Below are positions 36,560-47,682 of a DNA stretch of 64,000 nucleotides, one piece after another (positions within the stretch are counted from its first letter, which is position 1; each line of letters begins with the position of its first letter). Source of the stretch: Planctomycetota bacterium. GTDB lineage: Bacteria > Planctomycetota > MHYJ01 > WSZJ01. The notes below the pieces were generated by a model. That model was given only the letters and a program-made list of their open reading frames with translations. It was not told the origin of the DNA and searched no databases. The stretch is from NCBI GenBank assembly GCA_038060895.1, contig JBBTCT010000024.1, positions 168,717 through 232,716 of the forward strand, given 5' to 3'. The position numbers and the translations under genes are program-made.

Positions 36560-36615
36560 ACAAAAGTCAACCTGCTGCCAGTGAGACCTGAACCACTTCG
36601 ACGGGAGCTCTTCGG

Positions 36616-37137
36616 ATGAAGACTTACACCTTGCTCGACGGTACCAGGCTCGATCTTCGCGAGCTCTCTCCGGCGGATCACGCCTTTCTCCGCAACCTGC
36701 ACCGGATGGTCCGTCAGGATATCCTTTGCTTCGAGATCGAGCGGGTGGCCATCGGACCCGGGTCTCCGGCGTTGCGCGGCCGTCAGACAATCGATCGCAG
36801 AACGGCCGGTCAGCCGCTTTACCGTGTCGCGGAGGACATCGTCGACAGGGCCGGCATCCGGCAGGGGTTGACTCTCGCCCCCGAGTTCGAGCACCTGCAA
36901 AACCAGTTCCCCACGGACTGCTCTCACATCAGCGCCGTGCAGGCGGCCGATCTCATCGGCATCTCGCGGGCTGCCGTGTACAAGGCGATTCATGCAGGAA
37001 CGCTGCAGGCGCTTCACATCGGCAACGTCACGGTCGTCAACAAGAAGTCGGCCGTGGAGTATCGGCGGCGAAGGGAGACGGCCGCCACGCCACCGGTCCC
37101 TGCGCGAGCGCGAAAAGCGCGCGCGGCACGAGGGTAG
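36616..37137 (+). CDS. DNA-binding protein with C-terminal excisionase-like HTH
   Basis: SAVQAADLIGISRAAVYKAIHAG; GGGAG RBS. Confidence 0.75.
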   Translation: MKTYTLLDGTRLDLRELSPADHAFLRNLHRMVRQDILCFEIERVAIGPGSPALRGRQTIDRRTAGQPLYRVAEDIVDRAGIRQGLTLAPEFEHLQNQFPTDCSHISAVQAADLIGISRAAVYKAIHAGTLQALHIGNVTVVNKKSAVEYRRRRETAATPPVPARARKARAARG

Positions 37138-37143
37138 TCCGCC

Positions 37144-39555
37144 TCACGGCCCGGCCGCTTCATCCCGTAACCGCGCCGCCTCGGCATCCCCCGGCACGGA
37201 CGCGAGGTAACCGCGAAGCACCTCGACCGCTTCGGCGCGTCTCCCCGCGCCGATCAACGCCCGCGCGAGGATGATCACCGCCCCCCGCCGGCCCGGCTGG
37301 GACGCCAGCGCGGCCCGCGCGTCGTCGATCGCGGGCTGCCAGAGCTTTTCATTGAGGTAGAGGTTCGCGCGGCGCGTCAGCAGGAGCGGATCGCCGGGGT
37401 GCGAGGCCAGCGCGTCCGTCACCGCCTGCGCGGCCGCCAGCCGGTCGCCCTGCGCTTCCAGGAAATCCGCGACGAGGCACGGGCCCTCCATGTTCGCGGG
37501 GTCCAGCCTGGCCGCGATCCGCGCGTTCACGAGCGCGGCGTCCCACGCTTCGAGCTTGCCCCACGCCCGCGCGGCGGCGGCATGCGCGGCCGCGTCCGAC
37601 GTCACCGCGAGCCGGGCCTCCCGCACCGTCGCCTCCAGCCCCCACTGCCCCGCTTCCCCGAACGCCTCCGCCAGCGCGTCGTACCCCGGCGCGTTTTCGC
37701 GCGACGCCGGCACCAGCCGCCAGAACACCGCCGCCGCTTCCTCCCACCGCCCGCGCCGCGCCAGGAACACCGCCAGCCTGCCGCCCGCCGCGGGCGTCGG
37801 CATCAGCGCTTCCCACTCCACCACCGGTCCGTCGATCCCCAGCCGCTCCAGCGCTTCCTCCACCGTCCCCGGCTCCCCCTCGAACGCCCGCCGCAGACAC
37901 ACCCCCGCCGGCCCGCGCTTGCCCTCTATCCAGAGCCAGATCCCCGCTTCGATTTGCGTCTCCGGATTCGCGGGCCACAGCGAAGCGGCGGTCTCGAAGC
38001 GTTTGGCGGCGAGGTCGAAGTCGTCGCGGCGTTCGGCGGCGCGGGCGAGGTACCAGGCGGCGTCGGCGTCGCAGGGGGAGAGGCGGAGGATTTTGTGAAG
38101 GGCGAGCTCGGCGGCGGCGGGGTCGAGTTTCGAAGCGGCGCGGGCCTTGTCTTCGGGGTCGAGGCCTGCGAAGGCGAGGGTGGCGGCGAGGGCAAGCGTG
38201 ACGAGGGCGGCGGCGGCCCAGGCGGCGCGCGGGAAGGGGCAGGAGGCGCTGGAGAACGCGGGGGCGAGGCCGAGCAGCACGGCGAACAGGAGGCCGACGC
38301 CCGTGATGCGCAGGTCGAAGTCCACGAGCGCGTGCACGGCGGCGGCCAGCACGGCGGCGACGGCGGCGCTCGCGGCCGCGCGCTCCGCGCCGTCCAGCGT
38401 CGGCAGGCCGCGCACCGCGCGCACGCCCCAGAATGCGAGCCCGGCGACGAGGAGAAGCGCCCACGCGGCGCCTCCTTCGAAGAGGGCGTTCACGTACTCG
38501 CTGTGGGCGTGCCGGAACTGGCCGGGGAGTGACGGCGGCTGGAACGGGCGGAAGGCGCGCGGGTAAGAGCCGAGGCCGAAGCCGAGGACCGGCTGGCGCG
38601 CGGCGGCGGAGAGCGTGGCCTTCCAGCAGACGACGCGCGTGTCCTGGGTGAGGTCGCTGCCTTCCATGCTTTCGAACCGCTCGATCAGCGGCTCGGCGTT
38701 GGCGGCCCAGATCGTCACGCCCGCGGCGAGCGCGAGCGCGGCGCCGCCGGCGACCGCCGCGCCGCGCGTCCGCCGCTGCCACACGAACGCGAGCGCCACT
38801 ACGCCGGCGACGGCCGCCAGCGCACCGCCGCGCGACCGCGACAGGACGATCGCGGCCGCGAAGAGCGCGGCCGCCAGCGCCCACGACAGCCCCGATTCCA
38901 GGAGCGCGATTTTCCCCGCGTCGCGCCGCCGGGACGTCCACCGCCCCCACGCCGCCCCGGCCGCGAGCGCGACCCCCATCGCCATCAGCCCCGCGAAGTT
39001 GTTCCGGTTCACCAGCGTCCCGCTCGCGCTCTCCAGGTCGAAGCGCTTTCCGAAAAACGGCAGGGTCTCGAAGCGAAATCCGGTCTGGGCGACCGCGTAG
39101 GTGGCCTGGAGGGCGAGGACGACGAGGATGGAGTTCAGCGCCAGGCTGCGTCGCAGGCCGGCCTGCGTAAGCCGGAGGGTCAGGAGTGCAGCGAGCGCGT
39201 AGGCGGCGACCTGCGCGGCCTGCCGGACCGTGAGGAAGGCGTCGGCGGTCCCGGGGCCCGCGCCCGCGGCGCCGTGCGAGGCGCGCAGGGCGGAGGTCCA
39301 GGGGAACAGAAAGCCCAGGCCGGGCGCAAGCTGGAGGACGAGGAGGAGTGCGACGCCGGCGAGGAACGCGACGGCCGGGCGCGAGAGGAGCAACGGACCG
39401 GGGAGCAGGAACATCGCGGCGACGTTCAGGCACGCCATCCAGGCGGCGAGCGTCGCCACCGCTGCGGGGGAGACGCCGCCGTAGACGGCCAGCGAGCCGG
39501 CCCAGCCGAGCAGGCCGGCCAGCCAAAGGGTTGAGACGCGCGTCGAGACCGACAT
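37144..39555 (-). CDS. O-antigen ligase/polymerase (Wzy_C) family protein with C-terminal TPRs
   Basis: GTLVNRNNFAG, SRSRGG, P.LGFGLG, HAHSEY; many TM segments then TPR helices. Confidence 0.85.
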   Translation of the reverse strand: MSVSTRVSTLWLAGLLGWAGSLAVYGGVSPAAVATLAAWMACLNVAAMFLLPGPLLLSRPAVAFLAGVALLLVLQLAPGLGFLFPWTSALRASHGAAGAGPGTADAFLTVRQAAQVAAYALAALLTLRLTQAGLRRSLALNSILVVLALQATYAVAQTGFRFETLPFFGKRFDLESASGTLVNRNNFAGLMAMGVALAAGAAWGRWTSRRRDAGKIALLESGLSWALAAALFAAAIVLSRSRGGALAAVAGVVALAFVWQRRTRGAAVAGGAALALAAGVTIWAANAEPLIERFESMEGSDLTQDTRVVCWKATLSAAARQPVLGFGLGSYPRAFRPFQPPSLPGQFRHAHSEYVNALFEGGAAWALLLVAGLAFWGVRAVRGLPTLDGAERAAASAAVAAVLAAAVHALVDFDLRITGVGLLFAVLLGLAPAFSSASCPFPRAAWAAAALVTLALAATLAFAGLDPEDKARAASKLDPAAAELALHKILRLSPCDADAAWYLARAAERRDDFDLAAKRFETAASLWPANPETQIEAGIWLWIEGKRGPAGVCLRRAFEGEPGTVEEALERLGIDGPVVEWEALMPTPAAGGRLAVFLARRGRWEEAAAVFWRLVPASRENAPGYDALAEAFGEAGQWGLEATVREARLAVTSDAAAHAAAARAWGKLEAWDAALVNARIAARLDPANMEGPCLVADFLEAQGDRLAAAQAVTDALASHPGDPLLLTRRANLYLNEKLWQPAIDDARAALASQPGRRGAVIILARALIGAGRRAEAVEVLRGYLASVPGDAEAARLRDEAAGP

Positions 39556-39749
39556 GGGCTAGATTCTCTCCTGAAAACCCCTTTCCTGGCCGGTCCGTAT
39601 TCCTCTCAATGCTCTTTCACTCGCGACTTGTCTTTGCTTTCGCTCTTCAACCGCAAGCCCCGTATGAATTACCGTTTGACTCAGGGTACCCGCGGATCAT
39701 TCAATGGCCGTTCTGCACCCGGGGAATTTCACGCGGAGGGGACCCACCC

Positions 39750-40397
39750 ATGTTCAAGTCCATGTCCGCCGCAGGCGCCCTTCTCGCCGCGGCCGCTTCC
39801 GTGTCGCACGTCGATTTCACCGCGGACGGCGTCGCCGTCGGGGGCAAGCCCGTCACCCAGGAGGCCCTCCAGCTCCGCGAAGCCAACGGCAGCACAGTCC
39901 TCGCTTCACGGAATAAGGTGGAAGCCCTTTCCGGCGTGATCGAAGTTTCACTCGCCGGCGATCGCAAAATCATGCTCGAGCCGGGCGTCCGCCTCGGGCG
40001 GGCCGGAGAAGCGTGGGAAGTCTCGACGCACGGGATGCGCCGTGTGGAACTGACGACGACGGGCGGCTCGATGATCGTTGCCAGCCCGGTTCGTCTGACG
40101 GCCGCAGACGGCGGGTGGCGCACCCACGACGGCGGCGTGCTCGAAGGCGTGGACATCTCCGCCGGCCTCGCCGCCGACCTGGGCGTCCGCCGCGTCGCCG
40201 AATCCTTCGATGTCCCGCCGGACGGCGACCACGACGACATGCTCCTCACCCCCCGCCAGCGCCGGGAGAAGCTCAAGGAAAAGCTCGCCCGCAAGCTCGA
40301 AACGCGGCGCCTCTTTATGGACGACCTGATGCCCGCCGCCGAAGCCGTCGATGAGAAGGCCCTGAAGCGCGTCAAGGAAGTCAGTCCGGCCGGTTAA
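39750..40397 (+). CDS. Hypothetical exported protein
   Basis: GGAGG RBS, signal-like N-terminus, GC3-rich codons. Confidence 0.65.
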   Translation: MFKSMSAAGALLAAAASVSHVDFTADGVAVGGKPVTQEALQLREANGSTVLASRNKVEALSGVIEVSLAGDRKIMLEPGVRLGRAGEAWEVSTHGMRRVELTTTGGSMIVASPVRLTAADGGWRTHDGGVLEGVDISAGLAADLGVRRVAESFDVPPDGDHDDMLLTPRQRREKLKEKLARKLETRRLFMDDLMPAAEAVDEKALKRVKEVSPAG

Positions 40398-40438
40398 TAG
40401 AGCACATTTCCTCTTTCCAGGCGTCCTGCGGAGGAGTG

Positions 40439-41638
40439 ATGTCACGAACCTTTGGCGCGGTGTTCTTGCTGGCCTGCGCGCTTCCGTCTTTCGCTGACAA
40501 CCTCGCCACAGAGTGGATGGACCGTGTCACGCACGAGGTCCAGCAGCAGGAAGGGCCGCTCTCGACGCGCCCGGTAGACTTCCACCTCTACGGCGGCGTG
40601 TACGGCTACTACACCGACAACCTCTTCCTCGCGAACAACCGGGACGCCGACGGCGACTCTGCCGTCATCGGCCTGGCCCGCGCGCGCATCGACTACGTCG
40701 ATTCCCAGCTCGAAATCTCCGCCGACGCCATGGTCAATTTCGACTACTACATGGAGCACCACGAGGGACGCGAGGACGAAGAGCGCTTCTTCGGCAAGAT
40801 CCGCTGGACCGACGGCGTCGTCGACCTGCAGCTCGTCGAAATCGCCCGGCGCGAAAGCGACCCGATCGACGCCGTCTTCGCCGACCGCGTCCGCCGCGTC
40901 GTCACCGATACCTTTCCCCGCGCCGGCGTCCGCTTCGCCGAACTGTTCAAGCTGGAAGCGTTCGCGCAGATCGAGACGGTCTGGTTCGAGCACGACGACT
41001 TCGACGGGCGCGAGAACGAAAGCGTCCGCGGAGGCGTGGCGTTCCTCGGCGACATCACGCCGACGATCGCCATCGGCGCCGAGGCCGGCCTCTACGGCAT
41101 CCACTATCGCGACGAGGACACGACCAATTCGGCGGAGGGAGCATTCGTGCGCGCCCTCATGCGCGGCGAGCCTCTGTCGAAGCTGCTCATCGAGGTCGCG
41201 GCGGGCTGGGGCGGGATCCGGTCGGACGATCCGGACGACCCGGATGACCGGAAGCGCACCCGGTCGACCTTCGACGCCGAGCTGCACGTCCGCTGGGAAG
41301 CGACATCGACGATCACGATCTTCTTCGACTACACCCGCCGGTACGGCTTCGCGGGGTTCGGCGACCCGTACCAGCACATCGACCGCGGCGTTGTGATCGC
41401 GGAGTGGCAGGTCTTTGAGAAGCTGAAACTGCGGGGGCGCGGGCAGTACGATTACGTCCACCCGTCGCAGTCGCAGGCGCGGACGTTCTGGGCCGGGACG
41501 CTCAGCGCCTCGTTCCAGGTTTTCGAAAACATGACCGTCGAGGGCGGCGTGATCTATAGGGGCGGGAACCAGCGGGGCGTTTCCGGCGACAACTACGACA
41601 ACTGGATTTTCTATCTGGGCGTCGTGTTTGGTTTCTAG
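40439..41638 (+). CDS. Outer-membrane beta-barrel protein (polysaccharide-locus type)
   Basis: Signal peptide, YTDNLF, alternating aromatic strands, C-terminal Phe. Confidence 0.75.
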   Translation: MSRTFGAVFLLACALPSFADNLATEWMDRVTHEVQQQEGPLSTRPVDFHLYGGVYGYYTDNLFLANNRDADGDSAVIGLARARIDYVDSQLEISADAMVNFDYYMEHHEGREDEERFFGKIRWTDGVVDLQLVEIARRESDPIDAVFADRVRRVVTDTFPRAGVRFAELFKLEAFAQIETVWFEHDDFDGRENESVRGGVAFLGDITPTIAIGAEAGLYGIHYRDEDTTNSAEGAFVRALMRGEPLSKLLIEVAAGWGGIRSDDPDDPDDRKRTRSTFDAELHVRWEATSTITIFFDYTRRYGFAGFGDPYQHIDRGVVIAEWQVFEKLKLRGRGQYDYVHPSQSQARTFWAGTLSASFQVFENMTVEGGVIYRGGNQRGVSGDNYDNWIFYLGVVFGF

Positions 41639-41699
41639 GTCGGGCGCCCAGCGCAGGAATCCTGTGCCTTCTCCGTTGCAGCGATCCGCGCCCGGTCGT

Positions 41700-41867
41700 T
41701 AAGTAGCTCCACGTTGATTCTGTGCCATGCATCCGCGCGCCTTTCGCCGTCCCGCTTCGTTGTCGATCCTCACTGGAGCTCCGTTCCGCTCCAGTTCCGG
41801 TCTCCGCCTTGCGGGCCGGCGAAATTCGCGGCGGCTGCATGGCACAGAATCAACGTGGAGCTGCTTA
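41700..41867. repeat. 168-bp element with 37-bp terminal inverted repeats (MITE/REPIN-like)
   Basis: 41700-41736 vs 41831-41867, 2 mismatches; further internal pairing. Confidence 0.7.
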
Positions 41868-42863
41868 GAACAATTTCCGCTCCGGCACCCACACCACGTC
41901 CCCCGGTTCCAGCACGACGTCCGCTTCCAGCTTCCCGCCCACCACGTCGTCCAGATCCACCGGCAGGCGCTTCGACGCCCCCTCCGGCGTCTGCCTCAAC
42001 ACCTGGATCCCCGACGTTGACGCAAACTTCGTGTAACTCCCCGCCCGGCTGATCGCCATCGACGCCGTCATCCGCGTGTCCGCCGGAATCTCGAACCACC
42101 CCGGCTCCTTCACCGCCCCCAGCACGTACACCACCCGCGCCGCCGACGGAATCATCACCAGGTCGTCCGGCTGAAGCTCAATGTCCGCTTCCCCGTTCCC
42201 CTTCGCAATCGCCTGCTCCACCTGCACCAGCGACAACTGCACCACCTCCCGCGCCCCTTTCGGCCCCCGCCTCACGATCTGCACGTACTCCTTGTACGCC
42301 TTGTCCGTGATCCCGCCCGCCACCGAAATCAGCTGCAGCAGCGTGATCCGCTCCGACGGCGGCAACACATACCCGTCGGGCTTCTGCACGCCCCCCAGGA
42401 TGAACACCTTCCGCGGCGCGAATTCCACCACCGTCACCGTCACCTGCGGATTGTGCAGATAATCCTTCGCCAGCCGCTCCCGGATCCCCGCTTCCAGCGT
42501 GTTCGGCGACAAACCCGCCGCGTCCACCTGCCCGATCAGCGGAAACGAAAACGACCCGCTCTCCGGCAGCCTCACCGACACCTTCAGGTCCGGCTCGTTG
42601 TACACCGTGATGTCCAGCCGGTCCCCCGCCATCAGCACGGGATCCCGCGGCGCCACCAGCCGCCCGGCCGGAAGCGGTGCGTTGCTGAACGGGTGGACGG
42701 CCGGCGGTGGAAGCGTCGGCGGCGGACCGACGCCGCTGTCGCCCGTGCCGTTGCCCGTCGCGCCGTTGTTCGCCGGGGGCTTGTCGCCGTCAGACGTGCA
42801 CGCGGCGAAGAAGAGGCCCATGAGAAGAAGTGCGGCGAGGATGGCGCCCTTCGATGACATCAT
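41865..42863 (-). CDS. wza: Polysaccharide export lipoprotein (Wza/SLBB)
   Basis: Lipobox FAAC; GDRLDITVY.EPDL, FPLIG.V.AAG, Y..NPQVTV, SLBB repeats, L.PGDVVWVP. Confidence 0.88.
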   Translation of the reverse strand: MMSSKGAILAALLLMGLFFAACTSDGDKPPANNGATGNGTGDSGVGPPPTLPPPAVHPFSNAPLPAGRLVAPRDPVLMAGDRLDITVYNEPDLKVSVRLPESGSFSFPLIGQVDAAGLSPNTLEAGIRERLAKDYLHNPQVTVTVVEFAPRKVFILGGVQKPDGYVLPPSERITLLQLISVAGGITDKAYKEYVQIVRRGPKGAREVVQLSLVQVEQAIAKGNGEADIELQPDDLVMIPSAARVVYVLGAVKEPGWFEIPADTRMTASMAISRAGSYTKFASTSGIQVLRQTPEGASKRLPVDLDDVVGGKLEADVVLEPGDVVWVPERKLF

Positions 42864-42928
42864 CGTTCGTCTCCCTGGTTGTGCGAACCCCAAGGTTACA
42901 CCAAAACCGCCCCGCAGCCGGCGACGGT

Positions 42929-44575
42929 CTACTTCGCCTCCACCTTCGCCTTCAGCCTCCCGGCCAGGCACGTATCCGCGTACTTCCTGAGAAGCGCTTC
43001 CCACGCCGCCTTCGCCGCCTCCGGCTCCAGCTTCTGCGCTTCCAGCTTCGCGATGTCCTTCTCCCCGATCACGACGCTCTTGAACGACGCGTCCTTCTCC
43101 CATTTCGCGGCCGTTTCGAGCGTGTCCGCGCCGGGGACGTTCTTGAACACCACCACCCAGCGCTTCAGCCGGTCCATCGCGTCCTTCGGATACCCCGCGT
43201 CCCGCCGCGCCTCAAACCGGTTCATCACCACGAGGATCAGCTCCTTGATCTGCGCCACCACCCGGACGCTCACCGGGTCCGCCGCCTTCGACGCTTCGAG
43301 GTACGCCTTCCCGTACTCCTCCAGCGCCAGCAGCTCGCCGAGTTTCCCCGGCGCATGGATCCGCGCAAGCGGCGCCGAGGCCGTGACGCGCTCAGTCAGC
43401 CAGATCGCCGGATCGTGCCAGTCCTCCAGCCCGTCGCTCACCGGCTTGTACCCGTAGTTGTGATTCACCACGAACGCGCCCGGGTAGAGGCCGAAGTGCA
43501 GGTGCGCGAAGTGTCCGCCGTTCTCGATCGAGTAGCTCAGCCCCATCGTCGTGAGTAATTGTCCGGATGACACTTTGTCCCCCACCTTCACGAACACCGT
43601 GTCCCCTCCGTGCATGTACACCGCGCACTCGACGCCGTCCCCCGCGTTGTGCTCCACCACGATCAGCGTCCCCATGTCGCTTCCCGTGTGCACGAACTTC
43701 ACGATCCCCTCGGCAATCGCGTAGTACCCCGCGCCGTCGAGGCAGCACCCGACGTCCTGCCCCGTGTGGTAGACCGTCCCGTTCTGGCGGAGGTTCGCGA
43801 ACGGCTGCAGGGACCCGTTGACCTCCTCTTTCCCCCACGCGCACAGCGGAAACGCCCACTTCGACGCCACCGGATACGCCGCCGCGTTCGCTCCCCCCAT
43901 CCGCGGATTTGGCTTCGCCACATACTCAGGCGCGACAGCCCGCACCTTGTCCATCCCGTCCAGGAACGGCGTCACGATCAGCCCGTCGTCGAGCTTCCGC
44001 GTGAACTCCGGCGCCACCTTTTCCGGCACCAGCTTCCCCGCGATCCGCTTCGCCAGCGCCTCCATCGCCCCCCGCACCTGCTCGTCGTCCTCCTTCGAAA
44101 TCAGCGCCGCCAGCGCTTCCGCCGGCTTCCCCCCCGCCACCTGCTTCGGCGCCGTCGCATCCCAGGTCTTTAGACAGTAAATCGCCGCCTTCTCCCGCAG
44201 CCGCGCTTCTCCGTGCCCCAGCCACGGCCACGCATCCCGGATCGCCGAAGCGTCGCCGTAGTACTCGAGCACATGGAGCGCCCGATGGTTCAGCTGCCAG
44301 TCCGGGCTGCGCAGCAGCAGGAGGAACAGCGGCTTCAGCTCCGGGTTGCGGAAGCGCTTGAGCGCTTCGATCAGGAGAGGCGCCCTGTTTTCGGCGTAGG
44401 CCTTGATCAGCGCGGTCCGGTCTGCGGGCGCGGCCTTCACGATTTCCGCCAGCTCCGCGCGCGCGCCGTCGACCAGCGGCTCCCCCGCGCCCGTGTTGAC
44501 GTCGGTGCCCCAGCCGCCGGCGAAGCAGGGGGTGGCGCAGAACGTGAAGGCGATGGCCAGCTGACGAAGCTTCAT
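42929..44575 (-). CDS. Secreted HEAT-repeat + M23 metallopeptidase
   Basis: Signal peptide; HTGQD (HxxxD), YMH, HLHF (HxH). Confidence 0.8.
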   Translation of the reverse strand: MKLRQLAIAFTFCATPCFAGGWGTDVNTGAGEPLVDGARAELAEIVKAAPADRTALIKAYAENRAPLLIEALKRFRNPELKPLFLLLLRSPDWQLNHRALHVLEYYGDASAIRDAWPWLGHGEARLREKAAIYCLKTWDATAPKQVAGGKPAEALAALISKEDDEQVRGAMEALAKRIAGKLVPEKVAPEFTRKLDDGLIVTPFLDGMDKVRAVAPEYVAKPNPRMGGANAAAYPVASKWAFPLCAWGKEEVNGSLQPFANLRQNGTVYHTGQDVGCCLDGAGYYAIAEGIVKFVHTGSDMGTLIVVEHNAGDGVECAVYMHGGDTVFVKVGDKVSSGQLLTTMGLSYSIENGGHFAHLHFGLYPGAFVVNHNYGYKPVSDGLEDWHDPAIWLTERVTASAPLARIHAPGKLGELLALEEYGKAYLEASKAADPVSVRVVAQIKELILVVMNRFEARRDAGYPKDAMDRLKRWVVVFKNVPGADTLETAAKWEKDASFKSVVIGEKDIAKLEAQKLEPEAAKAAWEALLRKYADTCLAGRLKAKVEAK

Positions 44576-44603
44576 GCGAAAAACTCCGTTGTTTTCTTTT
44601 CCG

Positions 44604-45359
44604 TCAATCCCACCAGAAAAACCAGCAGTGACTGCCGAGAATTCCGTGAGCCATCTTCTCGATGGTGCCGTAGCCCTGGTCCACGGAGTCGAGGCAGTAA
44701 GTGAACATCTCCTTCGCGAGCGAGAGCGCGTCCTTTTTCGTCTCCGGTGGCCGCTCGCAGTACAGCTCGATGAAGTCGCCCCCGTCCGAAACGAGCGCCG
44801 CGCCGAAGCGGTCGTGCCACGACTTCAGCATGCAGACCTGCGCCTCAGGGTCTGGCGCGTCGTTCCACCCACCCCAATAATGGTACGCCATCGCTTCCCA
44901 GGACTCCGTGACCGGCAACAACTGCACACACACGTTTTTCAGATCCTGGATGCTCGCGACGTGGATGCTCTTGTTCGAGAACTCCGTCTGCGGACTCTTC
45001 CCTGACGGCCAGGGACCGTGATAGGCCGGATCCCGAAGTGTCTCTTCCCGGTCTTCTTCGCTCGCGCGCTCTGCGAGCCATGCCGCTGCCTTGAGGCGCA
45101 GTCCTCGGCGCAGCACCGCGGAATACGGGTTCTTTCGATAGATTTCCTGCATGCTCCCGTCCTCGTCGTATCGGGACTTCGCCCCGAGCAACGGGTAGAA
45201 GCCCAGGGCGTGCCGACCTTTCCAGAGTGCCATCCAGGTGTCTGCGTGAGTCTTGGCGAGAATTTCAAACTCCCATGCATCGTCGCCGCCGGCGCGCTTG
45301 ATCCGCTTCAGCGGTGGCAACTTCGGGAGGATTTTCCTGAGTTTCTCTTCGAGACCCAT
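44604..45359 (-). CDS. DUF4253-domain protein
   Basis: WGGWN..P, W..RFGA, A.E....C.D.VDQG, W.FWWD C-terminus. Confidence 0.8.
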   Translation of the reverse strand: MGLEEKLRKILPKLPPLKRIKRAGGDDAWEFEILAKTHADTWMALWKGRHALGFYPLLGAKSRYDEDGSMQEIYRKNPYSAVLRRGLRLKAAAWLAERASEEDREETLRDPAYHGPWPSGKSPQTEFSNKSIHVASIQDLKNVCVQLLPVTESWEAMAYHYWGGWNDAPDPEAQVCMLKSWHDRFGAALVSDGGDFIELYCERPPETKKDALSLAKEMFTYCLDSVDQGYGTIEKMAHGILGSHCWFFWWD

Positions 45360-45550
45360 CGGTTGCTCCCCATTTCCCGGCCTTTGTTCTACGCGCTGCG
45401 ATGCCCCGCCTCCGACCTGCCGCAGGTAGAGTATCAACCGCCTCATCGGAGGAAGAAGCACTGACTCGGGCGGGACTCACCTCCTCGCCCTCACGTGCAA
45501 TAAGTACGGCACGATCTGGGCGTCCTGCACTTCCGGATGGCGCCCTCGCC

Positions 45551-45578
45551 AAGAAAATCGGCCACCCGAAGGTGGCCG
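45551..45578 (-). terminator. Intrinsic terminator after clpX
   Basis: CGGCCACC-UUCG-GGUGGCCG then AUUUUCUU on - strand. Confidence 0.65.
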
Positions 45579-45626
45579 TAATAGTTTTTCTGCCCGCGGG
45601 CCCGCTCGCCCGCCTGCCCGCTGCCC

Positions 45627-47000
<1,374 letters not shown>

Positions 47001-47064
47001 CGTTCCTCCAGGAAAGCCCGGCTCGTTTATCCAGTTGGGCGTTGCGTCTGACTCCGGTCGTTCG

Positions 47065-47682
47065 CTACCCCTTCTTCTCCGGCGTCCTCATCGTCTCCAC
47101 CACCTCGTCCACGAGCCCGTACGCCTTCGCCTCGGCGGCGCTCATGAAGAAGTCGCGGTCCCCGTCTTTCTGCACCTTCTCAACCGTCTGCCCCGAATGC
47201 TTCGCAAGGATCTCATTCAGGCGCTTCTTCATCCGGATGATCTCTTCCGCCTGGATCATGATATCCGTCGCCTGCCCCTGCGCTCCACCCCACGGCTGGT
47301 GAATCATGATGCGGCTGTTCGGAAGCGCGTGCCGCTTCCCTTTCGTCCCCGCCGCCAGCAGCACCGAGCCCATCGACGCCGCCTGCCCGATGCAGTACGT
47401 CGCGACGTCGCACTGCACGAACTGCATCGTGTCGTAGATCGCCAGCCCCGCCGTGACGCTTCCCCCCGGCGAGTTGATGTACATGTGGATGTCCTGGTTC
47501 TTGTTTTCCATCTGCAGGAACAGCAGCTGCGCGATGATCAGGCTCGACACGTAGTCGTCGATCGGCACGCCCACGAACACGATCCTGTCCTTGAGCAGCC
47601 GGCTCCAGATGTCGTAGGCGCGCTCGCCGCGCCCCGTCTTCTCAATGACAACCGGCGTCAACATCGCATGATTCGTATTCAT
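47065..47682 (-). CDS. clpP: Clp protease proteolytic subunit ClpP
   Basis: YINSPGG, QAASMG, IMIHQP, DRDFFM. Confidence 0.97.
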   Translation of the reverse strand: MNTNHAMLTPVVIEKTGRGERAYDIWSRLLKDRIVFVGVPIDDYVSSLIIAQLLFLQMENKNQDIHMYINSPGGSVTAGLAIYDTMQFVQCDVATYCIGQAASMGSVLLAAGTKGKRHALPNSRIMIHQPWGGAQGQATDIMIQAEEIIRMKKRLNEILAKHSGQTVEKVQKDGDRDFFMSAAEAKAYGLVDEVVETMRTPEKKG

